A DNA stretch of 24,921 bases from a virus (Duplodnaviria; Caudoviricetes): positions 1-24,921 of the IMG/VR virus record IMGVR_UViG_3300037761_000131; one strand, given 5' to 3'. The notes beneath the pieces were generated by a model, which worked only from the letters and a program-made list of their open reading frames with translations, was not told where the DNA came from and made no database searches. Each line of letters opens with the position of its first letter. The stretch's first letter is position 1. Below are positions 7,616 through 15,827 of the stretch, in pieces. The translations under genes and the position numbers were made by a program.

Positions 7616-9461
7616 GGAAATCCGGCTCGACGTCGTCACGGTCGCCCACGGGCGCGGGTTCCTCGACGCCGCCGACGACGCGAGAGCGTTGCGGGCCGAG
7701 GCCGACCGGCTCGACAAGTCCACCGCCCACCTCGGCGACACGTTCGACGACACTGAGGGTGAGGCGTTCGACCTTTCCAGGGCGATGGAGGACGCCCGAG
7801 TCAAGGCGTCCCAGTTGCGGGCCGAGTTCGCCCGCACCGGCAACCAGGGCCTGTTCAAGGACATCCGGTCCGAAGAGACGCTGATCCGGCGGCTGGAGAA
7901 GATCTCCAAGGAGATCGCCAGCACCGACGGTGGCGGGTTGGGCGTGACGCTCGGGTCGGCCATCGGCACCCGGGCCGGGCGGGGTTTCTCCGACAGCATG
8001 GAGGGCGCCATCTCGGCCCTGCCGTCCCAGCTCCGGGGCACCGCCATTGTGGCGGCTGTGTCGATCGGCTCGGCGATGGCACCGTTCCTGGGCGGCGCGA
8101 TCGCGGGTGCGGTGACCGGCGCGGCCGGCGCGGGCGGGATCATCGGCGGCATCGTCGCCGCGTCCGGCGATCCGCGAGTCAAGTCCGCGTGGGCGAGTTT
8201 CGCGGAGCGGTCGCTGACCGGTGACGCATTCGGCCGGCAGGCGTTCGTCGAACCCACCATCGCCGCGATCGGGGAGCTCGAGTCCGCCCTCGCCGACATG
8301 AACATCGGCGACACGCTGGGACTGCTCGCCGACGACGTTTCCGTACTGGCTGGCGGGGTGGGGAACTTCGGCCGGAACCTAATGCCCGGCCTGACCGAGG
8401 CGTTCGAACGGGCCGGGCCGTTTGTGCACGAGCTGTCCGACGGTCTCGCCAACATGGGCTCCGCGTTGGGCTCGTTCCTCGACAGCGTCTCGTCCAGCCC
8501 CGGTGCGGTGATGGGCCTGGACGTGCTGTTCCGGACCGTCAATGCCACCATCGTCCTGTTGGGCAAGAACCTCGAGTTCCTGGCCGACGCGTTCGGCGGC
8601 GCTGTCGTGGCCGGGGCGCGGATCTCCGGCTTCCTGGAGGACATCCCCCTGATCGGGATCATGGCCGGGCACTGGAACGACGTGTTCGAAAGCATCGAGG
8701 GCGGCGCGACCGGGGCGGCGCGCGCACTGCCCGCCGCGACGGCGGCGATCGAGTCGCAGCGCAAGACGTTCGAGGAACTGCGGGAGGAGGTGCGGGCGGC
8801 GACGACCGCGGTTGACGCGTTCATCGGCGCGGAACTCTCAGTCGACGAGGCGAACCTGCGGGTGGCCGAAGGGCTGGCCCAACTGAGGGAGATCCTGGCC
8901 CAGAACAAGGGCCAGTGGGATCTCAACAGCGAGGCGGGCCGGGCCAACAACGAGGTGCTGCTTCAACAGATCACCAACCTAGACGCGCAGCGGCGGGCCA
9001 ACATCATCGCCGGGGCGGACGCCGCCATCGCGAACGCCAAGTTCGACGCCGAACTGGACACCCTGCTCAGACTTGCCGGTGCCGCCGGTGCATCGAAGGA
9101 ACAACTTGACCGACTGAAGGGCACCTACTCGATCACGGTCCGGGTCAACGCGCTGGTGGACCGGATCCTGTCTTCTAGCCTGATCGGTTTGGCCAACCTG
9201 GGCGCCACCGGGTTCCTGTCCGGGACAAGGGCCTCCGGCGGCCCAGTAGGCGCAGGTCGGTCGTACCTAGTCGGCGAGGCCGGACCGGAGATACTCACCA
9301 TGGGCGGTCAAGGCGGCTACGTCCATCCGTCGACGCTCGGCGGTGGCCGGATGGCGCCGATCGTCGTCACCGACCCGTTCGGGCAGATGCTGTTCACGTG
9401 GATCCGTAAGGCCGTCGCCAGCGCTGGCGGTGACGTGCAGGCGTTCTTCGGGCGGAACTGA
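7608..9461 (+). CDS. Tape measure protein
   Basis: 617 aa, Ala/Gly-rich and helical with hydrophobic segments. C-terminal 'RASGGPVGAGRSYLVGEAGPE' motif. RBS AGGAGG. Confidence 0.9.
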   Translation: MAEEIRLDVVTVAHGRGFLDAADDARALRAEADRLDKSTAHLGDTFDDTEGEAFDLSRAMEDARVKASQLRAEFARTGNQGLFKDIRSEETLIRRLEKISKEIASTDGGGLGVTLGSAIGTRAGRGFSDSMEGAISALPSQLRGTAIVAAVSIGSAMAPFLGGAIAGAVTGAAGAGGIIGGIVAASGDPRVKSAWASFAERSLTGDAFGRQAFVEPTIAAIGELESALADMNIGDTLGLLADDVSVLAGGVGNFGRNLMPGLTEAFERAGPFVHELSDGLANMGSALGSFLDSVSSSPGAVMGLDVLFRTVNATIVLLGKNLEFLADAFGGAVVAGARISGFLEDIPLIGIMAGHWNDVFESIEGGATGAARALPAATAAIESQRKTFEELREEVRAATTAVDAFIGAELSVDEANLRVAEGLAQLREILAQNKGQWDLNSEAGRANNEVLLQQITNLDAQRRANIIAGADAAIANAKFDAELDTLLRLAGAAGASKEQLDRLKGTYSITVRVNALVDRILSSSLIGLANLGATGFLSGTRASGGPVGAGRSYLVGEAGPEILTMGGQGGYVHPSTLGGGRMAPIVVTDPFGQMLFTWIRKAVASAGGDVQAFFGRN

Positions 9462-11569
9462 TGCCCGTCCGGTTCGACGTCGAGGTGTCCCTGGCTCTCG
9501 GTGTGGACATCACCGCCGACCCGGCTGGCTGGTCGTGGACCGACATTACCGGCTACTGCATGGTCCGCGAGGGTGGGGTGACGATCCGCCGCGGCCGCAC
9601 GGACTGGCAGTCGCGGGTTCAACCGTCGACCTGTGAGGTGTTGGTCAACAACGCCGACGGCCGGTTCAGTCGGCTCAATCCCTTGGGTGCCCACTACGGC
9701 CAACTACACAAGAACACGCCGCTGCGGGTGCGGGCCTGCGCCGTCGGTGGGACGTTGACGACTAGGTTCATCGGGTTCGTGTCGGAGTGGCCGCCGCGGT
9801 GGGAACCGCGCGAGCGGCACTTCTGGGTGCCGGTGCGGGCTGATGGGGTGCTGCGCCGGATCGGCCGGTCCACCGCTGGGCGGATGTCGGCGCTACGGCG
9901 GACCATCCTCGCGTCCGGACCGGCGGCTTACTGGCCGCTCGAGGGCGAGCGCGGCGCGATGTCGGCGCTGTCCGGGCTGCCGTCCGGTGCCACGATGGCC
10001 CTGTTCGGCACGGCCGACTTCGGCGCGTTCGACACCCTGGCTGGGTCGGCGCCGACGCCGGACCTGACCGACGCCGCCCTGGTCGGCCGCGTCTACAACG
10101 GCTCGGCCACGGCATGGCACGCCGAAACCGCGTTCATGCAGGACTCGATCACCGACCTGTTCCCGTTCGACGTGTACGCCGAAGACAGCACCAGCCACTA
10201 CCGGTGGCGGCTGGCCACGCCCGTCACCGGCGCCGACACGATCGACGTGGTCATCGCGGACTCGGCCCTGAGCACGGTGGCCACCCTGGTCGGGCCGGTC
10301 GCCGCCGCCGACCACATCGGCCGCTGGTATCACGTCGCGGTCACGGCCGAGCAGTCCGGCGGCAACGTCGTCTCCAAGCTGTACGTGGACGGGACGCTGG
10401 CGGACACAGACACGTCGGCGGGCACGCTCAACCGGATCACGAAGATCGACTGCGGTTTCAACTCGGCCCCGACCACCTCCATGGCCCACATCGTCGTCGG
10501 TGACACGGTCACGCTCTCCGGCGCCGCGGCGGCGATGGACGGCTACGCCGGTGAGGAGGCGCACGACCGGTTCACCCGGCTCCTGGCCGAGGAGAGCGTC
10601 CACGGCGCAACTGCCGCCACCGGGTCGGTGCGGATGGGGGCGCAGCCGGTGGGGACGTTCCTCGACGTCATCCGCGACGGCGAGGCCGCCGACCAGGGTG
10701 TGCTGTATGAGGGGTTCGCGGATCCGCTGGTGTACCAGGCCACGTCGGAGCGCTACAACCTCGCCGTCGACCTGGCGCTGAACTACGCCGCCGGGCATGT
10801 CAAGCAACTTGAGTTGGCCGACGACGACGAACGGACTGTCAACGACTCGACCGTGACCCGCACCGGTGGCGCGTCGGCGAGATTCGAGCAAACCGACGGG
10901 CCGTTGGGCTCCGATCCGACCACCGGGGTCGGCCGCAACGACGAGTCCCCGACATTGAACCTCTACATCGACGAGCAGGCCCTCGACGCCGCGTCATGGC
11001 GGGTGCACCTCGGCACCGTCAACGAGTACCACTACCCCACCGTGACCCTGATGTTCCACTCGTCGAGCTCCATCCTCACCGACTGGCTCACCTGCGACAT
11101 CGGGTCACGGATCACGGTCGACAACATGCCGGCCAACCCGACACCGGACCTGGTCGACCAGATCCTGGAGGGCTACACCGAGCGGATCAACGCGGTGGAG
11201 TGGCATGCGGGCCTGAACCTGTCGCCGTATGCGCCGAACGTGGTCGGTGAGTACGGGCCAACCGACCCGGACGGCACCGGCACGGACTGGTACGACACGA
11301 CCGCGAGCGAACTGCAGGCACAGTTCATCTCCGGCACCAACACGTCGATGTCCGTATCGGTGACCGAAGGCCCGCTGTGGACCACCGATACCGACGACTT
11401 CCCCTTCGACATCACCTGCAGCGGCGTGGTGCTCACCGTTACCGCGATCTCCGGCGGCTCTTCGCCGCAGACGTTCACCATCACCCAGACCCCGGTCAAC
11501 GGGGTGGCGAAAACCCTCGCCGCCGGCACGGCGCTGTCGCTGGCCAGGACGCCCATCTACGCGCTGTAA
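9461..11569 (+). CDS. Minor tail / tail-tip hub protein with inserted LamG-like domain
   Basis: 702 aa directly after the tape measure. N-terminal 'IRRGR...VLVNNADGRFS' hub pattern; central 'PAAYWPL...WYHVAVT...LYVDG' LamG-like signature. Confidence 0.75.
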   Translation: MPVRFDVEVSLALGVDITADPAGWSWTDITGYCMVREGGVTIRRGRTDWQSRVQPSTCEVLVNNADGRFSRLNPLGAHYGQLHKNTPLRVRACAVGGTLTTRFIGFVSEWPPRWEPRERHFWVPVRADGVLRRIGRSTAGRMSALRRTILASGPAAYWPLEGERGAMSALSGLPSGATMALFGTADFGAFDTLAGSAPTPDLTDAALVGRVYNGSATAWHAETAFMQDSITDLFPFDVYAEDSTSHYRWRLATPVTGADTIDVVIADSALSTVATLVGPVAAADHIGRWYHVAVTAEQSGGNVVSKLYVDGTLADTDTSAGTLNRITKIDCGFNSAPTTSMAHIVVGDTVTLSGAAAAMDGYAGEEAHDRFTRLLAEESVHGATAATGSVRMGAQPVGTFLDVIRDGEAADQGVLYEGFADPLVYQATSERYNLAVDLALNYAAGHVKQLELADDDERTVNDSTVTRTGGASARFEQTDGPLGSDPTTGVGRNDESPTLNLYIDEQALDAASWRVHLGTVNEYHYPTVTLMFHSSSSILTDWLTCDIGSRITVDNMPANPTPDLVDQILEGYTERINAVEWHAGLNLSPYAPNVVGEYGPTDPDGTGTDWYDTTASELQAQFISGTNTSMSVSVTEGPLWTTDTDDFPFDITCSGVVLTVTAISGGSSPQTFTITQTPVNGVAKTLAAGTALSLARTPIYAL

Positions 11570-11586
11570 CTCCTCGAGGGGGATCC

Positions 11587-12033
11587 ATGCCTTCTGCTGG
11601 TCAGACCATCCGCGCGGCGGACTTCCCGGTGGCAGTCTCAGACCTAGAGGGCACCTCCGGCACCACCACATCCACCACCTATACCCCGACGTTGACCGGC
11701 GGCACGGCGTGCGGGTTGACCTTCGTAGCCCCGACAAGCGGCCGGGTGATGGTCTTCAACGCCGCCCGTATGGTCAACAACGGCGCGAACGAAACGTACT
11801 GCGGTTGGTTCATGCGGACGGGCAGCAGTATCGGTTCCGGGTCGACGGTGGTCTCGGCGCAGGACGACCGGTCGATCCTGCACACCGGCACCGCGTTCAC
11901 GCGCATGGGCACCAGCTATCTGGCCACCGGGCTTACGCCCGGATCCACCTACAACGTGCAGCAGGAGTTCCGGGTCGGCGCGGGTACGGGCAGCTACGCC
12001 AATAAAGATCTGACCGTCATTCCGACGACGTGA
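11587..12033 (+). CDS. Small minor tail protein (148 aa)
   Basis: ATG 11587 after GAGGGGG. 'AGQTIRAADF' N-terminus, then beta-rich 'TFVAPTSGRV...TGLTPGSTYNV'. Confidence 0.65.
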   Translation: MPSAGQTIRAADFPVAVSDLEGTSGTTTSTTYTPTLTGGTACGLTFVAPTSGRVMVFNAARMVNNGANETYCGWFMRTGSSIGSGSTVVSAQDDRSILHTGTAFTRMGTSYLATGLTPGSTYNVQQEFRVGAGTGSYANKDLTVIPTT

Positions 12034-12601
12034 CCGTCGCGGCGAACTGGTAGTAGTTCCCGACGTTGGTCATCTTGACCGGGCGGGCTACCGTCCCGAG
12101 TACCGCCCAGATGGTGGAGACCCGGTGGTGGTAGGCCGCCGCCCCCTCTGGGATGTCCCCGGTCAGTGTCGTGTTCAGACTCGCCAACAGCATCCCGCCC
12201 GGTTTCACCGCCCGCGCCACGTTGGCCAGCAGGTGCGCGTGCTGCATCGGGTCGGCCTGGTGAAACAGCGAGAGCCCCCGCATGAACGCCATGTCGAAGT
12301 ATCCGTCCGGGCACGGTAGCGGCTCGGCGATGTCGTGGACGCGGAACACGGCATGATCCACATGCCGTCGCTTGGCGATCTCGATGCCCACAGGCGACGA
12401 GTCGATGCCGTCCACCTCGATGTCGAAGTAGTCGAACAGTGCCGCCCAGAACCCGTCACCACACCCCACGTCGAGCAGCTTCGTGCACGGTTTGATGTCG
12501 AACTCCTCCACGTAGTGGGTTTCGACCCAGTTGCGCCACGTGGTGTGGTCCTTGTCGTAGTCGAAGCCGCCTTGACGGTAGTGGGCATCGTAGTCAGACA
12601 T
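12017..12601 (-). CDS. Class I SAM-dependent methyltransferase, antisense insert, probably leaderless
   Basis: Motif I LLDVGCGDG, then GIDSS, 'DGYFD' and 'VKPGGML'. No DNA-MTase motif (DPPY/NPPF/PC) seen. TACACT lies 7 nt before the ATG. Confidence 0.85.
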   Translation of the reverse strand: MSDYDAHYRQGGFDYDKDHTTWRNWVETHYVEEFDIKPCTKLLDVGCGDGFWAALFDYFDIEVDGIDSSPVGIEIAKRRHVDHAVFRVHDIAEPLPCPDGYFDMAFMRGLSLFHQADPMQHAHLLANVARAVKPGGMLLASLNTTLTGDIPEGAAAYHHRVSTIWAVLGTVARPVKMTNVGNYYQFAATVTSSE

Positions 12602-12608
12602 GGCGCGC

Positions 12609-12620
12609 AGTGTAGCGGGG
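12609..12620 (-). promoter_or_regulatory. Putative -10 box TACACT for leaderless methyltransferase, adjacent to the endolysin RBS on the other strand
   Basis: AGTGTAGCGGGG-AGG; TAnnnT 7 nt upstream of ATG 12601. Confidence 0.55.
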
Positions 12621-12627
12621 AGGTGCC

Positions 12628-13491
12628 ATGGCCACCTACCTTGAGTTGCTAGCCGAACCGGAGTGGAAGGCAGAGGTAGCCCCGCCGAACCTGAAGAAGC
12701 TCGGCGACGCCCTGCGGGCCCACTACGGGCTCACCGCGACGGCGATCGGCTACAAGGGCGACAACCGGCACCTGAAGGGCGCGCACCGGTCCCGCCGCTG
12801 GATCAAGAACTCGATCTACTGCACCAACCGCACCTACACCGTGTCCCGCACCCCGGGCGACCGTTCGGGCGGGGACGATGACTGGTTGGCCGGGCTGGAC
12901 GCGACCCTGCCCCGGGCCGACCTCATCGCCGCCTGCGCCCGGCTCGACGAGGCGGTGCGCGCCGGCCGGTTGGAGAAGATCACCGAGTGGTACGGCAACG
13001 ACGACGGCGACACGAAGGTCGACGGCTACGACAACATCGCCAACCGGGTCGCCACGTCGGACTCGTCGCACCTGTGGCACCTGCACCTGACGTTCGACCG
13101 CGGCCGGGCCAACGAGGACCACTCGGACCTGCTCGCCATCCTGACCGGCACCGAGACAGAGGAGGAGGAGGAAGTGGCCCGACTGACGTTCTTCAAGGCC
13201 GACGGGAAGCTGTGGCGCAGCACCGAGGCCAAGTCGTCGATCCGCGAGATCGACGAGGCGGTGTACGCGCAGATCGCCAACCGGGGCGATAACTTCCCCG
13301 ACGACAACGGCGCCGTCCCGTCCACCGATCTACTCACCGACGGCTGGACGTGGGAACAGATCAAAGCCGCGTACGGCGAGGATGAGGCCCTGCTGGTTGG
13401 CGGCGCGGTACCGGGGCCGACGGCGGATGAGATCCGGGCCATCGTCGACGACGAGCTCGACCAGGCATTCACCGCGGCCGCCGACGAGTAG
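12628..13491 (+). CDS. Endolysin, probable LAS/M15-like zinc peptidase
   Basis: First gene of the lysis region, RBS GGGAGG. 'GD.RH...AH', 'AGLD' and 'SHLWHLHLTF' (HxH) resemble actinophage peptidase lysins. Confidence 0.7.
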   Translation: MATYLELLAEPEWKAEVAPPNLKKLGDALRAHYGLTATAIGYKGDNRHLKGAHRSRRWIKNSIYCTNRTYTVSRTPGDRSGGDDDWLAGLDATLPRADLIAACARLDEAVRAGRLEKITEWYGNDDGDTKVDGYDNIANRVATSDSSHLWHLHLTFDRGRANEDHSDLLAILTGTETEEEEEVARLTFFKADGKLWRSTEAKSSIREIDEAVYAQIANRGDNFPDDNGAVPSTDLLTDGWTWEQIKAAYGEDEALLVGGAVPGPTADEIRAIVDDELDQAFTAAADE

Positions 13492-13514
13492 AGCACCAGC
13501 TGGCGGGAGGCGAA

Positions 13515-13967
13515 GTGGACAATGATGCCTGGAACGTGACCACGCTCCGCGAGCACCTGGACCGGATACTCGCGGACCTGGACAAGCGGCTGGACCAGCG
13601 GTTCGACAGTCAGGACAAGGCATCGGAGGCGGCCAGGGTCTCGGCCAAGGACGCGGTGGGCGCGGCGTTCCTGGCGGCGGAGAAGGCCGTGACTGTATCG
13701 CAGGCTGAAGCGTTGCGGGCGCGCGAGGCCGCAAACGAATGGCGGGAAGCGATGACCGATCGTGAGCGACGCTTTGCCCTGCAGGAACCCACCAACACCC
13801 GTATCGACTCGCTGAACCAGCGGGTCGCCGCCGTGGAGTTGGCGCAGAACCAAGCCACGGGCAAGACCAGCGGCATCAGCTCCACTGAGGGCCGCATCGT
13901 CATGGCGATCACGGCGGTGCTGGCCATCATCACCATCGTCAGCCTGATCATGAGTTTCGCGACGTGA
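13515..13967 (+). CDS. Lysis-region coiled-coil protein with C-terminal transmembrane anchor
   Basis: 150 aa, heptad-rich, ending in IVMAITAVLAIITIVSLIMSF. RBS GGGAGG. Confidence 0.7.
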   Translation: MDNDAWNVTTLREHLDRILADLDKRLDQRFDSQDKASEAARVSAKDAVGAAFLAAEKAVTVSQAEALRAREAANEWREAMTDRERRFALQEPTNTRIDSLNQRVAAVELAQNQATGKTSGISSTEGRIVMAITAVLAIITIVSLIMSFAT

Positions 13968-14005
13968 CTGCCTTACGCGGCCCAGAGTAAAGCCACACCA
14001 ATGAG

Positions 14006-14043
14006 TGATTGATGCAATCAACGTATGATCATGAGGGTAAGAT
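14006..14043 (+). promoter_or_regulatory. AT-rich promoter/operator: TGATTG-atg-CAATCA inverted repeat, ATGATCAT palindrome, candidate -10 TAAGAT
   Basis: Inverted repeat at 14006-14020, palindrome at 14025-14032, TAAGAT at 14038-14043. Locally AT-rich intergenic gap. Confidence 0.5.
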
Positions 14044-14052
14044 CCCATCTCC

Positions 14053-14331
14053 ATGAAGACTCTCACAGTGACATCCAGCCGTAGTGGCGAGAGCCACCTG
14101 GTCGTCTGTGATAGCCCATGGCCGGTCGTTGCGTTGGCCAACCTCGTCGGCCACTATCAGCCACGGTGGGGTGCCGACTACGTGTTGTGGAACGCCATCC
14201 TTGAGTGGTGTGGTCGCTTCGATCGACGGCTAGTTGCCGTGCCGATCTCGCACAGTTGCGAAATCGTCGCCAGCCTCTGGGGTCGCGCTGCCGGAGAGTG
14301 CTATCACGTGACGTTGGAAGCTGAGGAGTAG
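14053..14331 (+). CDS. Hypothetical protein (92 aa), first gene of insert in lysis cassette
   Basis: Fills the gap, has visibly more A/T-ending codons than its neighbours, and ends 3 nt before the next ATG. Confidence 0.55.
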   Translation: MKTLTVTSSRSGESHLVVCDSPWPVVALANLVGHYQPRWGADYVLWNAILEWCGRFDRRLVAVPISHSCEIVASLWGRAAGECYHVTLEAEE

Positions 14332-14334
14332 GTC

Positions 14335-14730
14335 ATGCGGAGAGATTTCTACGAACCAGACGAGCCGGTCGAGGACGTCATTGCAGCCTTCGAGCATGGC
14401 ATCAAGCATCTGACCGAGAAGGTGAGACGCGAGATCGCCAACAAGCACCGCGATGAGGTCGTCGAGGGCAGCGGACGCCCGGTACGTCCGAAGCGGCTGG
14501 ACTCAATCCACTCGGTGCGGTTCTCGTCAGACGAGGCGGCCGAACTGGGCAAGGCCGCCGAGCGCATGGGCCTATCGGGGCTGAGCAGTCTGCTCCGGGA
14601 AGCCGCGCGAAAGATGGTCGAGCCGATCGGCTTTCGGTGCGATCACATGGCGGTGTCGTGCGGCGGCGGGTTCGTGTCCTTCCGTGGTGCGTGTGGGTGC
14701 CAAATGCAGCCGGTGTGGTACGCCGCCTGA
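14335..14730 (+). CDS. Ribbon-helix-helix (antitoxin/CopG-like) protein with Cys-rich C-terminus
   Basis: RBS GAGGAG. 'HSVRFSSDEAAELGKAAERMGLSGLSSLLREAA' is a strand-helix-helix pattern. C-terminal C-x-H...C...CxC. Confidence 0.65.
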   Translation: MRRDFYEPDEPVEDVIAAFEHGIKHLTEKVRREIANKHRDEVVEGSGRPVRPKRLDSIHSVRFSSDEAAELGKAAERMGLSGLSSLLREAARKMVEPIGFRCDHMAVSCGGGFVSFRGACGCQMQPVWYAA

Positions 14731-14739
14731 GGAACGCGC

Positions 14740-15324
14740 ATGACCCGCAAGACGGTCCTGTCGGTAGCGTTCGTTGGTCTCGGCGTGACCTGGACGGCCT
14801 GGGAGCTCGTGGCTGCGCAGAACCCGCGCGATGACCTCGAGCCGCTCACCGCACTCGTAGCTGATCATGTGCCGGCACCGGTCACGTTCGCCGCGATCGC
14901 CGTACTGGTCGCCTGGATCGGCCCGCATTTCGTAGAGGCATACACCAGCAGAAGGAAGGCCACGATGGGCACAGACACCACCACCATCCCGGCCACGCCG
15001 CAGGCGGGTGCCGAGACTGAGCCGCTGGTCGCACCGGCGTCGATCACCGCCGCGGTTGGGGCGCTGCTGTCGCTGATGGTGGCGTTTGGGCTGGACCTGA
15101 CCGAGCAGCAGACCGGTGCCGTGCTGGCCGCGGTCACCCTGGTCGCGCCGCTGGTGCTGTTCTTCCTGGCCCGACGCAAGGTGTTCGCGCCGGCCACCGT
15201 GCGGGCCATGGTGGTTGACGCGGCCGACAACCTGCACCCGGGCGAGACCCGTTCCGTCGCGGCCGAGGTGAGCACACCGCCGCCACCCACCGAGGTGCCG
15301 AGCATCGCCGAGGACGCGCGGTGA
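14740..15324 (+). CDS. Holin-like membrane protein, 4 predicted TM segments, with possible internal start at 14965
   Basis: The second half 'EPLVAPASITAAVGALLSLMVAFGLDLTEQQTGAVLAAV...ARRKV' is an actinophage holin pattern. AGAAGGAAGG precedes the in-frame ATG 14965. Confidence 0.7.
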   Translation: MTRKTVLSVAFVGLGVTWTAWELVAAQNPRDDLEPLTALVADHVPAPVTFAAIAVLVAWIGPHFVEAYTSRRKATMGTDTTTIPATPQAGAETEPLVAPASITAAVGALLSLMVAFGLDLTEQQTGAVLAAVTLVAPLVLFFLARRKVFAPATVRAMVVDAADNLHPGETRSVAAEVSTPPPPTEVPSIAEDAR

Positions 15325-15373
15325 CCCGCCCGCGCACCGTGCGCGGGGCTAATTAGTTGTAGGAGGCACAACC

Positions 15374-15529
15374 GTGTTCGCAATTGCAGCCCTAATCACC
15401 TTCGCACTAGCCTTCATCCTGGCTCTGCTCAATGCCGACACGGGCAATGTGAGCCTGCTGTTCCTCGGTCTGACGTTCCTCGCCGCGGCCATGGTGTTCG
15501 GTGGCAGCGTGCCCTGGCGCCGGGGGTGA
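15374..15529 (+). CDS. Small two-TM membrane protein (51 aa, below track cutoff)
   Basis: AGGAGG at 15361, GTG 15374. Reads MFAIAALITFALAFILALLNADTGNVSLLFLGLTFLAAAMVFGGSVPWRRG. GTGA overlap with the next gene. Confidence 0.75.
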   Translation: MFAIAALITFALAFILALLNADTGNVSLLFLGLTFLAAAMVFGGSVPWRRG

Positions 15530-15711
15530 CCTGGGTCAAGCCGTCCCGCTGCGACACCGCCACCTGCCCGGAGGTGCGTATCGGTCCGGCCGACGTGGCC
15601 ATCCGGGACAGCGACCGACCAGACCAGATCGTCGTGTTCAGCCACGACGGGTGGCGTGAGCTCGTCGACGCGGTGAAGGACGGTGAGTTCGGGATACCCC
15701 CGAACGGTTGA
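15526..15711 (+). CDS. DUF397 (BldB-like) family protein
   Basis: W.K.S....TC.EV....VAIRDS..P....F....W..LV.AVK.GEF matches the DUF397 pattern over its full 61 aa. Confidence 0.85.
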   Translation: MTWVKPSRCDTATCPEVRIGPADVAIRDSDRPDQIVVFSHDGWRELVDAVKDGEFGIPPNG

Positions 15712-15759
15712 CCTCCGCGCTACCATAACTTCACCGGGTTACAGCGGTCCGAGGCACAC

Positions 15760-15820
15760 AAAAGGCCCCTGGTCCCCGAGGCGATTACGACTCGTCTCGG
15801 TGGCCAGGGGCCTTCTGTCG
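15760..15820. terminator. Probable bidirectional terminator between converging late and accessory blocks
   Basis: AAGGCCCCTGG (15762-15772) pairs with CCAGGGGCCTT (15804-15814), with an inner CCGAG/CTCGG stem. A-rich left flank, T-containing right flank. Confidence 0.7.
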
Positions 15821-15827
15821 TCTACGT

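Noticed and set aside
7565-8950. Long antisense and alternate-frame ORFs (for example 7565..8950, 13026..14141, 19099..20211, 5143..6162)
   Set aside because: Expected stop-poor shadows of high-GC genes. They overlap well-supported genes and have no RBS or motifs.
12011-12038. TGACCGTC direct repeat as a target duplication of the methyltransferase insert
   Set aside because: Only 8 bp, and both copies are on the same side of the insert. No duplication of the endolysin start was found.
12017-12601. DNA methyltransferase or restriction-modification role
   Set aside because: It has a class I SAM-binding motif but no DPPY/NPPF or PC catalytic motif, and no nuclease nearby.
15708-15731. TTGACC as a -35 promoter element
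   Set aside because: No TAnnnT hexamer at 16-19 bp spacing. It overlaps the DUF397 stop and precedes a terminator.
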